Positions 8,892 to 20,345 of a stretch of DNA of 64,000 bases are shown piece by piece. Made by a program: the position numbers and the translations under genes. The notes under the pieces were generated by a model. That model saw only the letters and a list, made by a program, of their open reading frames with translations. It did not search any database and was not told the origin of the DNA. Position 1 is the stretch's first letter. The number at the start of each line of letters is the position of its first letter. Source of the stretch: Phyllobates terribilis (lineage: Eukaryota). The DNA is taken from positions 366,482,001-366,546,000 of the forward strand of contig NW_027362769.1 in NCBI RefSeq assembly GCF_046119375.1. Reading direction: 5' to 3'.

Positions 8892-9824
8892 ATGGAACCC
8901 GGTGGCACCCAAGCTCCCTCGCTCTCGGACCTATGTCATGAACTTTCCCGTCAGAGGTCCCAACAGGAGTCCATCCTGAGCCACCTGCGTAGTGTTAACT
9001 CCCGCCTGGACACACTGACTACCTCTTCGGGACCTGCTTCCAGTCCCACGACTCCTACCCCGGCAGTGCCGCTGCCCATCAATTCCATGGCAACTCTTCC
9101 CGGTCCTCGCCTCACCGCCCCGCCTCGTTTTGGACGAGATCCCGGACAGGCACGGGGCTTCATTAACCTGTGCACTCTGCACTTCGAACTGTTGGCACAC
9201 CAGTTTTCCACCGACCGAGCCAAAGTAGCCTTCATCATGTCCCATCTCACGGGAGAGGCGCTGGCTTGGTTAAATCCTCTATGGGAGAGAGGAGACCCCC
9301 TGGTATCCAACCTGCCATCCTTTCTCACGACTTTCCGGAAGGTCTTAGACGAACCAGGATGGAGGACCTCATCCGCCTCATCTCTGCTACGCCTCCGCCA
9401 AGGAAGTCTCACCGTGGGTCAATATGCCATACGGTTCCGTACCCTTGCTTCGGAGCTTGCCTGGGATAACGACGCTCTGGTGTCCGTCTTCTGGGAGGGT
9501 CTGTCCGGCCGTATTAAAGATGAACTCGCCGGTCGGGACATTCCTACCACTCTTGACGACTTAATTACACTTGTCACCCGGATTGACATCCGGTTCCAGG
9601 AGCGCACCAAAGAGGCCACCCGTGAGAGGAGGTTTCCACGCCTTGCCCCTACCTTCCAGAGATCCGTCACTTCCTCCGTTACTCCCCCGGCGCACTCACC
9701 CGAGCCTATGCAGGTCGACCAGACCAAGATGGTCAAGACCCGTCAAGAATTACGCCGTGCCGAGGGGAGCTGCTTCTACTGTGGCAATAAGGAGCACCGG
9801 ATCCGTTCCTTCCCGGAGAGGTAG
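8892..9824 (+). CDS. gag: gag of element C
   Basis: Retrotransposon gag motifs (PPRFG.D...RGFI, LTGEALAW, LRLRQG..TV.QY, EPMQVD) and degenerate knuckle CFYCGNKEHRIRSF. Confidence 0.88.
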   Translation: MEPGGTQAPSLSDLCHELSRQRSQQESILSHLRSVNSRLDTLTTSSGPASSPTTPTPAVPLPINSMATLPGPRLTAPPRFGRDPGQARGFINLCTLHFELLAHQFSTDRAKVAFIMSHLTGEALAWLNPLWERGDPLVSNLPSFLTTFRKVLDEPGWRTSSASSLLRLRQGSLTVGQYAIRFRTLASELAWDNDALVSVFWEGLSGRIKDELAGRDIPTTLDDLITLVTRIDIRFQERTKEATRERRFPRLAPTFQRSVTSSVTPPAHSPEPMQVDQTKMVKTRQELRRAEGSCFYCGNKEHRIRSFPER

Positions 9825-9892
9825 GGAAACGCCTGTGTCTAGGGTCGCTCTGAGAGGTCGCCCTAGACAGAAATAAACCCTCTCCATCTCTA

Positions 9893-11746
9893 ATGCTGTC
9901 GGTCTCTATCATCTGCGGGGAGAACCGTTATTTTGAACTGACTCAATTTGACTCTGGAGCTGCCGGAAATCTCATTTCTCAGTCCCTGGTAGAGAAATAC
10001 CGCATTCCCACCAAACCTCTGGCTGTACCCTTATCTGTCGCCGCCGTGGATGGAGGCCTCTTACCTCATCCCATCCAACTCATCACCGAATCCATAACTT
10101 TGCAGGTGGGAATGCTGCACTCTGAGAGCATCTTCTTTCATGTTCTGCCTGGACTCTCTCACGCCCTCTTGCTAGGCCTACCTTGGCTCCAGAAACACGC
10201 ACCCGTGCTTGATTGGCAGACCGGAGAAGTTCTTCGCTGGGGACAGGACTGCCATAAGACTTGTTTAGTTCCCGTTCATCCTGCCCATCCTTCTCCTACC
10301 CCAGCCAATCTACCCGGCCTACCGGTTCCCTATTGGTCTTTTGCGGACGTCTTTAATAAAAGAGAAGCAGAGACATTACCCCCTCATAGACCATACGACT
10401 GCCCAATTGACCTGATGCCCGGCGCTACTCCTCCCCGTGGGCGTATTTACCCTTTATCCGCTGCTGAGACCCGGTCCATGTCTGAATATATTGAGGAGAA
10501 TCTGGCCCGGGGATTTATCCGGAAATCTACCTCCCCGGCGGGAGCAGGCTTCTTCTTCGTCAAGAAGAAGGACGGCTCACTCCGTCCCTGTATAGACTAT
10601 AGAGGCCTTAACCAGATCACAGTGAAGAATAAATACCCCCTTCCGCTCATTCCTGAATTATTTGACCGTCTGAGGGGGGCTAGAATCTTCACCAAGCTGG
10701 ACCTCCGTGGGGCGTATAATCTGGTCCGTATCCGTCAGGGGGATGAATGGAAGACGCCATTCAACACCCGGGATGGCCAATATGAATACCTTTTAATGCC
10801 CTTCGGTCTCTGTAATGCTCCCGCCGTCTTTCAAGAGTTGGTCAATGACATCTTCTGTGACCTTCTCTACTCCTGCGTGGTGGTGTACCTGGACAACATC
10901 ATGGTCTTCTCTCCAGATCTTCTCACTCACCGGAGGGACGTTCGTCAGGTCCTGCTCAGGCTCAGGCAGAACCACCTCTACGCTAAATATGAGAAGTGCC
11001 TCTTTGAGCAGACCTCGCTTCCGTTTCTGGGCTACATAATCTCTCAGACCGGCCTACAAATGGACCCTGAGAAACTGTCTGCCATCCAGAAGTGGCCCCG
11101 ACCAGAGGGGTTGAAGGCTATTCAGCGGTTCCTGGGCTTCGCCAACTACTACCGCCTCTTCATTCCGCACTTCTCTTCCCGGACTGCCCCTATCTCGGCG
11201 CTCACCCGTAAGGGCGCTAATCCCAGAGAATGGCCGCCCGAAGCAGAGGAGGCCTTCCTTTCCTTAAAACGAGCTTTTTCCTCCGCCCCTGTGCTGCATT
11301 GTCCGGACGGCAACAAACAATTCTTTCTAGAAGTCGAAGTTTCCTCCTCCGGAGCCAGAGCAGTACTTACCCAAAAGTCGTCTTCCGGAAGAATGGTAAC
11401 CTGCGGCTTCTTCTCCAAACTCTTCTCCTCTTCTGAGCGCAATTATTCTATAGGAGACCGAGAATTGTTGGCCATTAAGCTGGCACTGGAGGAGTGGCGT
11501 TACCTGCTCGAGGGGGCTCTTCACCCGGTAATAATTTACACGGACCACAAGAACTTGGCTTACCTCCAGAGTGCCCAGAGACTTAACCCGCGCCAAGCCC
11601 GGTGGTCCTTGTTCTTCACCCGCTTTAATTTCATTCTTCATTTTCGCCCGGCTGACAAAAACATCAAAGCTGATGCTTTATCCCGATCCTTTTGGTCTCT
11701 GATCTTGAGGAGGAGCCTAAACACATCATCGACCCCGCCAAAGTAA
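9893..11746 (+). pseudogene. pol: Protease-RT-RNase H of element C, inactive
   Basis: FDSGAAGN, LRPCIDYRGLN, KLDLRGAY, YLDN (catalytic Asp lost), TDHKNL; -1 frameshift in the T-run at 11690-11693. Confidence 0.9.
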
Positions 11747-13242
11747 TGCAGGTGGCCCCCGTGAATCTAAATCGTCTTCCACCCGATAAGACGTTCGTAT
11801 CTGTTCCTGATCGTGAGAGGGTTCTACACTGGGGACACTCGTACAAGCTAGCTGGCCATGCTGGTCAGAAAAAGACCCTCCAGCTTATTTCCCGGCATTA
11901 CTGGTGGCCTACCCTGCACAATGACGAAATAGACTTTGTTTCAGCCTGTGTGTCCTGCGCCCGCAACAAGGTTCCGAGACATCTGCCAGCCGGCCGTCTC
12001 CTTCCTCTTCCTGTACCTGCTGCCTCGTGGCAGCATATAGCTATGGACTTTATTACGGACCTCCCTGGCTCTGCCGGTTGTACGGTCATATGGGTGGTCG
12101 CTGACCGCTTTTCCAAAATGGCTCACTTTATTCCCCTGCCGGGTCTCCCGTCTGCATCAGAGTTAGCTAAAGACTTGATTCATCATGTCTTCCGTCTTCA
12201 TGGTCTTCATCTCCACATTGTATCCGACCGAGGGGTTCAGTTCACCTCTCGTTTTTGGCGAGCCATGTGTAAACTGCTGGGGGTCACCTTGGACTTTTCT
12301 TCTGCTTTTCACCCACAGTCCAATGGCCAAGTAGAACGGATCAACCAAATTTTAACCAGTTACCTCCGGCACTTTGTTAATGCTCACCAACCCGACTGGG
12401 TGGATCTTTTACCGTGGGCCGAATTTTCTTACAATAATCACGAGAGCGAATCTTCCTCCAAATCCCCGTTTTTTGTAGTCTTCGGTCAGCATCCTCGGAT
12501 CCCGTTTCCCGTCTCCGCTTCGGTGGACAATCCGGCTGCGGAATCTCTCGTTAACGAATTTTCCTCCATTTGGGAAAGTACCAGATCTGCACTTCTTCAG
12601 TCATCCGAGCGGATGAAAAAACAGGCTGACAAAAGACGTCTGGATCCACCACAATTCCGTCCTGGAGATAAGGTCTGGCTCTCGTCCAAATATGTCCGGC
12701 TCAAGATTCCTTCCTACAAGTTAGGGCCTCGGTTCATCGGTCCACTGGAAGTTATCAAACAGATCAATCCGGTGGCCTATAAATTGAAACTCCCGGCCAA
12801 TTTGCGGATCCCTAACTCCTTCCATGTATCTCTACTCAAACCCGTGGTACTTAACTCTTTTTCCAAGTCTACAGGTACGCCTCCTGCTCCGGTTTCCGCT
12901 GAAAATGAGTTTGAGGTAGAGAACATTCTGGCCACCAAAAGGGTAAGAGGAAAATCCTTTTTTCTAGTGGATTGGAAGGTGTTTGGTCCTGAGGAGAGAA
13001 CATGGGAGCCCCGGGAGAACATCCATGCCCCTCTCATCCTTGATAAATTTCTCTCCGGCCTAAAAAAAGGGGGGCCTAAAGGGGGGGGTACTGTAGCGTC
13101 GGCGTCCCTGCCTCCTGCTAGGCAGGGACGCCGTTCCCCTCACCTCTCTGCTCCGGGCCCGGCGTCTTCCTCCCGCTCTGCTGGCAGCGCGCGCTGCTTC
13201 CCGGCCTCTGTGCTTAGGGCGCGCGCGCTCCCCCTCTCTTAA
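11692..13242 (+). pseudogene. pol: Integrase and chromodomain of element C (ORF runs into the 3' LTR)
   Basis: HSYKLAGH...CVSC, MDFIT, SDRG, GQVER, EFEVENIL...FLVDWKVFGPEERTWEP. Confidence 0.9.
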
Positions 13243-14196
13243 AGGGGCCGCGCGCGTCGTCCTAAGGAGTCCCCGGCCAATGGCCGGAGGACCTCACCGT
13301 ATATAAGGCACCTCCTCCAAAATGGAGGTGCCCGAGCAATGTTGTTGCAAAGCCTTTCAACTCTGCTTCAGCCCTCAGGTCCCGTTACCAGTTACCTGCC
13401 AGTCACCTGCCAGATTCCTGCTTGATACCTGCCTGATTCCTGCCTGATATCTGCTTACCTGCTTGCTATCCTGTGGTCCGACAGTCTGCCTACCAGCACC
13501 TGCCAGTCTGTCTATGGATCAGTCCGCCTGCGGACCAGGAAGTACCTACCAGATACCTGCCTGATACCTGCCTGCCTGTCCAGAGACTCTTACTCGCTCA
13601 CCTGGGAGCGCTCACCTGCTACCTGCCTGCTAGCCTACCTGGAGGCTTAGCCGTCACTTGCTGTGACCACCTGCCTGTCCAGAGACTCTTACTCGCTCAC
13701 CTGGGAGCGCTCACCTGCTACCTGCCTGCTAGCCTACCTGGAGACTTAGCCGTCACTTGCTGTGACCACCTGCCTGTCCAGAGACTCTTGCCCGCTCACC
13801 TGGGAGCGCTCACCTGCTACCTGCCTGCTAGCCTACCTGGAGGCTCTGCCGTCACTTGCCGTGACCACCTGCCTGTCCAGAGACTTTTGCCCGCTCACCT
13901 GGGAGCGCTCACCTGCTACCTGCCTGCTAGCCTATCTAGAGACTCTTTCCCTGCTGTCACTTGCCGTGACCACCTGCCCGTCTAGAGACTCTTACCCTGC
14001 TGTCACTTGCCGTGACCATCCGCCTGTCAAGAGACTGTCCCCGTCACTTGCCGTGACTTGCTGCCCTTCTACCCAGAGACTGTCCCTGTCACTTGCCGTG
14101 ACTACCTGCCCGCCTTCCCTGGGAGCCACCCGCTTCCTTACAAGGACTGCCCCTTTGTATAGTTGCTCAGTGGTTCCACTTCCCAGACCCGTTACA
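13092..14196 (+). repeat. 3' LTR of element C (1105 bp)
   Basis: Follows PPT AAAAAAAGGGGGGCCTAAAGGGGGGGGTAC; ends GTTACA. Confidence 0.95.
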
Positions 14197-14200
14197 CGGT

Positions 14201-14216
14201 GGCTCTGAAAAGAGCC
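14201..14216 (-). terminator. Histone 3' stem-loop of the divergent H4; downstream element displaced by LTR
   Basis: GGCTCTTTTCAGAGCC on minus strand, then ACCG, then the LTR terminus. Confidence 0.93.
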
Positions 14217-14248
14217 TTTTGGTTGTCAGGATGGAGCAGAGAATACAA

Positions 14249-14569
<321 letters not shown>

Positions 14570-15339
14570 TCAGCTGAAAACTGTGACGAAGCCCCACGGA
14601 CTCTTCTTTTTTTTAGCGGATGGGTGGACCAGAGAGAAGACTGCAGAGGTGACGCGTTTCCAGGGCGGGTCTTACAGAATCTACATTAGCTCCTCCTTCC
14701 TCTGCTGATTGGCTGAACACTGAACTGCTGGGGAGTTTGAATTTCCCGTTCATTGTGCAGTTTCTGCAGTTCTTTCCAGCTTCTACTCTATGTAACTTAT
14801 TTCCCTGTGAAGAGAAATATCCCAAATATTGTCATCACCTTTCCAGATCATGGTGGAGAAATCTAATCAATGAAATTCATAGTTGGAGAAATAACCTGAC
14901 AATCATAAATGAAAATGAATATATTTTTATAACATGAATACAAAACCACCAAGGACACACAACATAACAGATTTGAAGAGCAAAAACTCAACAACAAAAA
15001 AAAAACTCAGGATGTAGTGCTCTTCAATGAGAATTAACCAGGTCTTTACTGAAAATTCCACTGAACACTGAAAGAACAATTTTACAAATATATTAATACC
15101 ACATATGTGTGTTTTTTTATTTTTTTTAAGTTTCTCTGATTTAAACGGGAGTAATTGGGAAGTGATTCCACCCTGTGATCATCTGTTTGCCTGTACTATG
15201 CACAGCGCTGTATACAGCTATAGTATATAGCTATAGCCATGGTTACCTGGGAACATCAGCCGTGAGCTGGCTTATATAGACGTGCAAACATGACAGATAT
15301 GAGGGTCTTCAGCAGACCCCTTGCTTTCATGACACCCCT

Positions 15340-16262
15340 ATTCAAACTGCCCATCACACGTTCTGAGTCTTTGTGCCCACGATGCGTTTTTTAAGCGTTC
15401 CCGCAATGGCAATTCCGCTGCAGAAACGCTTAAAAAACGCTTGATAGAAGGTCTGCCATGGTCCCCAACGATTATCCGCATGTGTTGTGCACATGCTGCG
15501 GAAATTTCTGCTGCCGATTATCATTGCGGAAAAAAACGCAGCACTACCAATTATTTTGCGAAAGAGCTGTATTTTCACCGCCATTGACTTGCACTGGAAC
15601 GCTTGGATTCCACATCACTGGATCTGTACATGCGGATTCCATGCATTTCAATGTGCGGATGGTACCCGGGTGTGCAGCACAGGAGACTCTCCTCCAGACC
15701 CAGGTACCATAGAACCTGTAAAAAAAAAGAATAAAATGAAAAAATAAACATTATACTTACCTTCTGATGGCCCCCGGTGTCTTTGTTCTGGCTTGCCGGC
15801 AGATCGCGGTGGACTCAAGGACATGCCATGACGTCATTTAGTCATGTGACGGGTCACGCGACCGCTGACGTTGGCAGGTCCTTTCAGTGCACCGCGAGCC
15901 GCCGGCAAGCCGAGACGCATCGAATAAAGACTCCGGGGGCCATCAGAAGGTAAGTATAAATTTATTTTTTATTTTTTAACATTCTTTCGGTCACACTATA
16001 TAAATCTATGCCGGCTGCGTGGATTTATATAGTGTGACCAAGTTGTCAAGCACTTTCCAGGTGATGCTAAAATCGCTTGGAAAGCGATTGACAACTCGCA
16101 TGTGGAAATACATGTGAAGAACGCTTCACATCCGCTTGTCCCTGGCAGGAAAAACGCATGTACAATCCGCATGTGTTTTTTCTGCCAGGGAGATGTAGAA
16201 ACTTTCAGGAAAAAATCTGGAGCATTTCTGCATCGTGGACACATAGCCTGCATCACTGTGAT
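15340..16262. mobile_element. Degenerate MITE-like element with central inverted repeats; ends uncertain
   Basis: TATACTTACCTTCTGATGGCCCCCGG (about 15752) is inverted at about 15934-15958; further palindromes at 15385-15440. Confidence 0.45.
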
Positions 16263-17061
16263 AGACTGAAGAAGTTAAGCTCCTCTCAAGACTGTTGCAG
16301 GCGGATGATGGCTGAATAACTCAACAATCAACTGTCGGCAAAGATACCGGCTTAGTTCCCTACACACCAGGAGTATAATAATTAAATAACATCCTACTGG
16401 TGTATAAGCTTATACTAACATTATTCAATGGAATGGTGGCGCTAATGGTTAAGACCTATATCTGCTGCAAGAGAGGACAACTACCACAGTTGTCTGACGT
16501 TTTCAAGATAAAAAATATATAAAACAACTTGCGCTAGTGTATAGGGTATGTGGCAAGAAATAACAATGAAGATGCTAAAAATGACCAATTTTATTAAATA
16601 CGTAGGTTACGAGAAGTTAAAAATCATTGTTTTAAAAGTTGGCTAGTAGGCTAAAAGCAATGGGAGGAGGGAAGATAGTCATAATGGGAGCCCTAGAAGT
16701 TTTTCCTGGTTGAGAGGCAGTTATGAGCTTCCTGGAGGGTCTTTTGATGACCAGGTAGGAGGGTCCCCCTTATATGGAGAAAAGTTAATTTGCACTCTTC
16801 TTGTCAGTTGTGGACCTCCAATGTCAGTGGACCTGTGTGGCTGCCGGTCCGTGTGGCAGAAGAAGCTTCCTCCACTATATGAATGAGCGCTTGTGGCATG
16901 GTGCAGAGAGGGGAGGTGCAGGGTCCCGGCCAGAGACCCGCCGCTCTCACCAATCTCTGTGTTTATCGGCACTCGGCGGTGCAGAAGAGAACCTGCGCGC
17001 TTGTGCACACTGGCAGCTTGAGGACCTGTGTGACGTCACGTAGGTGAGTACCGGTACGGTG

Positions 17062-17132
17062 GCCTAGGGGGATCAGAAAGGCTGATGCGTTTCAGAAACT
17101 CCGGTTTCCTTCTTCAGAGCTGATCCCTAGGC
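17062..17132 (-). ncRNA. Minimal type I hammerhead ribozyme motif in the 3' region of the Penelope-like element
   Basis: Minus strand: GCCTAGGGATCAGCT-CTGAAGA-AGGAAAC(CGGA)GTTTCT-GAAA-CGCA-TC-AGCCTTTCTGATCCCCCTAGGC; core boxes, stem II and long stem I present. Confidence 0.75.
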
Positions 17133-17190
17133 ACTTCTGGGTCCTTTTTATAGGTCTATGGGTGGGAGTTTACCAATGGGCAGGTAGCTG

Positions 17191-17619
17191 TCACTTTTTT
17201 TTTTTTCTCTTTCCTTTTTTTTGGCCGTCAATCTTCATTAATCGCAACAGTTCGATTTCTGAGTTCAAGCCTCTAGGTTTTAGAGAGTCAAACATAAAGA
17301 TCCATTTACTCTCAACTCGAGACATTTGTTTTGGGTAGTCACCTTTCCACCATTGTTTTGGCACGTTTTGTATAGCTGTCACCACAGTTCCTGCTATGGA
17401 ACCCCCATGTTTTTCAGCATAGTGTTTTGAAAGTGGGTGCCCGTCAAACTTGGTGGTGATATTCCGTAGGTGTTCATTAATGGGGCATTTCGTTCTGCCT
17501 ACGTATAGTTTTTTGCACGGACATTTTAAGCAATAAATAACCCCCTCTCTTGTGCATGTAATTAAATCTGGTATGGTATGTGTTACGTCTCTTTCGGTTA
17601 TTACTTTTTGTTTTTTCAT
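17191..17619 (-). pseudogene. GIY-YIG endonuclease domain of the Penelope-like element
   Basis: CTREGVIYCLKCPCKKLYVGRTK...EHLRNI...RVESKWIFMFDSLKPRGLN. Confidence 0.85.
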
Positions 17620-17631
17620 ATTTAGTTTTTT

Positions 17632-19408
17632 TCATACTGTGCATTTTTGACATGGGAAGAAGCCGCAGATATCTTTAGTAAAGGAGAGGGTTCCATTTTT
17701 TAGGGGGGTAATTTTGGACTGTGGCACAAGATTTCCCAGGTTGCATGCTTTCTTGTATATAAAGCGTGGGTTCTTTGCTAGTTTGTCACCAATAATCTTT
17801 TCATTTTGTAGGATACTCCAGTGTTTTTTAATGATTCTCTTTAGTAAATGTGTATTTGAGTTATAGGGTGTCATAATGGGTACATTCAAATCATTAGATG
17901 CTACCTGAATCGTTCTAGTGGGGCACTTTAGAATGTTTTCACGTGGAATTTGTTTTACTAGATTTTTGGTTGAGGTGAGGAAATGGGGGTCATATCCTTT
18001 ATTTTGGAATTTGGTGGTTAGTACTCCTGCTTCCTCCTCAAAGTATTTGGTATCTGAACAGTTTCTATGAAGTCGCATAAATTGGCTCTTTGGGATGTTG
18101 AATAACCAACTAGGGAGGTGGCAACTGTCCAGGGAGATGTAGCTGTTTGCATCTGTGGGTTTGGTAAAAGTGCAGTTGTGGATCTGATTATCACGTACAT
18201 GGATATTGAGGTCAAGAAAATTGATTTGTTGGGTACTCGTGGTTGAGGTAAAATGTAAAGTCATTCTGGTTAATCTCCTCAATGAATTTGTCCAGAGAGA
18301 GTTGGTTGCCAGACCAAATAAAAATGATCTCATCGATAAAGCGATGCCATAGGACCAGGTTCGATCTCAGCGACCCACCCGGGTAGATGGTGGAGTCTTC
18401 CCATTTTCCGACGTATAGGTTTGCATAACTGGGCGTGAACCTGGTCCCCATCACTGTGCCCCATTGCTGGGTATAGTAGTTCTTCCCGTGTTTGAAGTAA
18501 TTGTGTGAAAGAATGAAATGCATACATTCATTGATGAATGAAATCTGGTACTCCGGTAGTTTATTCTGTTTTTTTTAGGAAATATGGAGCCGCTTGGCAT
18601 CCTTTTTTATGTTGGATTACTGTGTATAGTGATGTGATGTCAAGGGTGCCGAGGATGTAATTTTCCTCCCATGTGACTTGTTTTAGTAGGCGTAGTACAT
18701 GTTGGCTGTCCTTGATGTAGGCCGGTAGGCGTGGGACCAAGTCATGTAGATGGTTGTCAATGTATCTGGAAAGGTTTGCAGTGAGGCACTGTATCCCTGA
18801 GATGATGGGTCTTCCTCTTGGATTGGTAAGAGATTTGTGAATCTTAGGAAGATAATAGAACACGGCTAATCTAGGTGATCGGATGTTAATATAGTCAAAT
18901 TCTGCTTTATTCATAAAACCTGCTTCTAGTCCCTTTTTGGTAAGTTGTCTCTATTTGTTATAGTAGGTAGAGGTAGGGTCGTTAGCAAGTACCTTAGTGC
19001 CTCATTTTGATAATGTTTGCTATCTATGATGACGAAGCCTCCTCCTTTATCTGCAGGGCGTATGATTATGTCATGGTTGTTTTGTAGGGATTTTATTGCC
19101 TTTCGTTTAGCCATGCTTAGATTATTTTTCCGTTTTGTGCATCTTTTATCACTGAGTGTACGTATTTCGGTAATTACATTATGCTGGAAGCTTTCAAAGG
19201 CTGCCGAGTATTCGTTGAGAGGGTGTGTATCAGGGCTGGCGTCACCATCCAGCGCACCCGGGCAAGTGCCGGGGCCCTGGACTAACAGAGGGGCCCACTG
19301 GCAGTCTGGGACAACGCTGCTCACTCTGGGAGTGTCTAAAATGGAGTTTCTCCCGGGAGGTGATGATGCGATTGGAAGGGATGGTGTCTCCTCCAGTTCA
19401 GTCCCCAC
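17632..19408 (-). pseudogene. Penelope-type reverse transcriptase and thumb, split over several frames
   Basis: ORF pieces 18926-19408, 18561-18914, 18212-18523 and 17632-18333 carry consecutive PLE motifs. Confidence 0.85.
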
Positions 19409-19762
19409 CGATACCAGGAAGCAGCGTGGTGCTGCTGAGGCTGCTGTATATGAGGTGATGCTTCACTACAGATCCTAGGAGGGCTGAGGAGCTGCATAAG
19501 TGGTCAGTGTGGAGACAGAAATTATGTATTTAGTTTTTATGTATAGGACAAAGTGTAAATGGTCTGATACTGTGTTTTGGGGGCATAAAAATGTGGATCA
19601 GGTTGCTACATGAGGGTTGCATGTAGTGGGTCTTGCACACAGAATGTGCACAGTTCTGCAGGTTGTGAGGGCTTACATAACTAAAGGTGTGATGTTGAGG
19701 GTCTTGCACATAGAGGGTAGTGATGCATACATGTGCTGGATGTTGTGGGGCCTTTCACAGGG

Positions 19763-20216
19763 AAGGGATTGTCCACTGCTAGAACAACCCCTGTTCATAC
19801 CCCACGCTTGGCCCAGATAAAATAAAAAAGCCTATACTCAGCTCTGATGCCGTTTCAGCGGTGTCCGTACGAGCGGGCTCTGGGCTCCCGTGCGGTTGTT
19901 GTGTCACGTGACCCCAGCACCCAGTCAGCGCTGGCGTCACTGTTCCCACCTTCGTACAAACTGAACATGAAGAGGAAGTCTGAGATCAGCCACAGCCCTG
20001 ACTTCTTGTTGATGTTCGATTTGTACGAAGGTGGGGACAGTGACGCCAGCGCTGACTGGTCGCCGGGGTCACGTGTCACAACAACCGCACGGGAGCCCAG
20101 AGACCACTCGTACCGACACCGCTGAAACGGCATCAGAGCTGAGCATAGGCTTTTTTATTTTATCTGGGCCAAGCGTGGAATATGAAAAGGGTTTGCTCTA
20201 GTAGCGGATAACCCCT
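19763..20216. mobile_element. Near-perfect palindromic MITE (T2/Kolobok-like)
   Basis: Two arms of about 220 bp are reverse complements of each other; right end AACCCCT followed by TTAA; left TTAA not retained. Confidence 0.8.
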
Positions 20217-20345
20217 TTAATGCAGTATGTTGTGGGTCTTGCACAGGGAAGGGGGGGAAGATGATGTACATGAAATGTGCTGATGCTTTATGCACAGGAC
20301 TGCCTGCATGTTGTGGGGCTTGCACAGTGAAGGGGGTGATGCATG

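Larger units (their letters stand above)
7676..14196 (+). mobile_element. Full-length but decayed Ty3/Gypsy chromovirus C
   Basis: LTRs 7676-8878 and 13092-14196 (TGTAGC...GTTACA), PPT at 13063-13091, gag/pol/IN-chromodomain; RT YLDD changed to YLDN, last knuckle Cys changed to Phe, stops and a frameshift. Confidence 0.95.
17040..19480 (-). mobile_element. Penelope-like retroelement (RT plus GIY-YIG endonuclease), frameshifted; ends approximate
   Basis: IIRPADKGGG, LDITSLYT, GTVMGTRFTPSYANLY, FIDE (degenerate YIDD), VIYCLKCPCKKLYVGRT, HPLSKH, DSLKPRGLN. Confidence 0.9.

Noticed and set aside
16436-16500. tRNA or SINE-like start GGTGGCGCTAATGGTTAAGACC
   Set aside because: No B box and no cloverleaf downstream.
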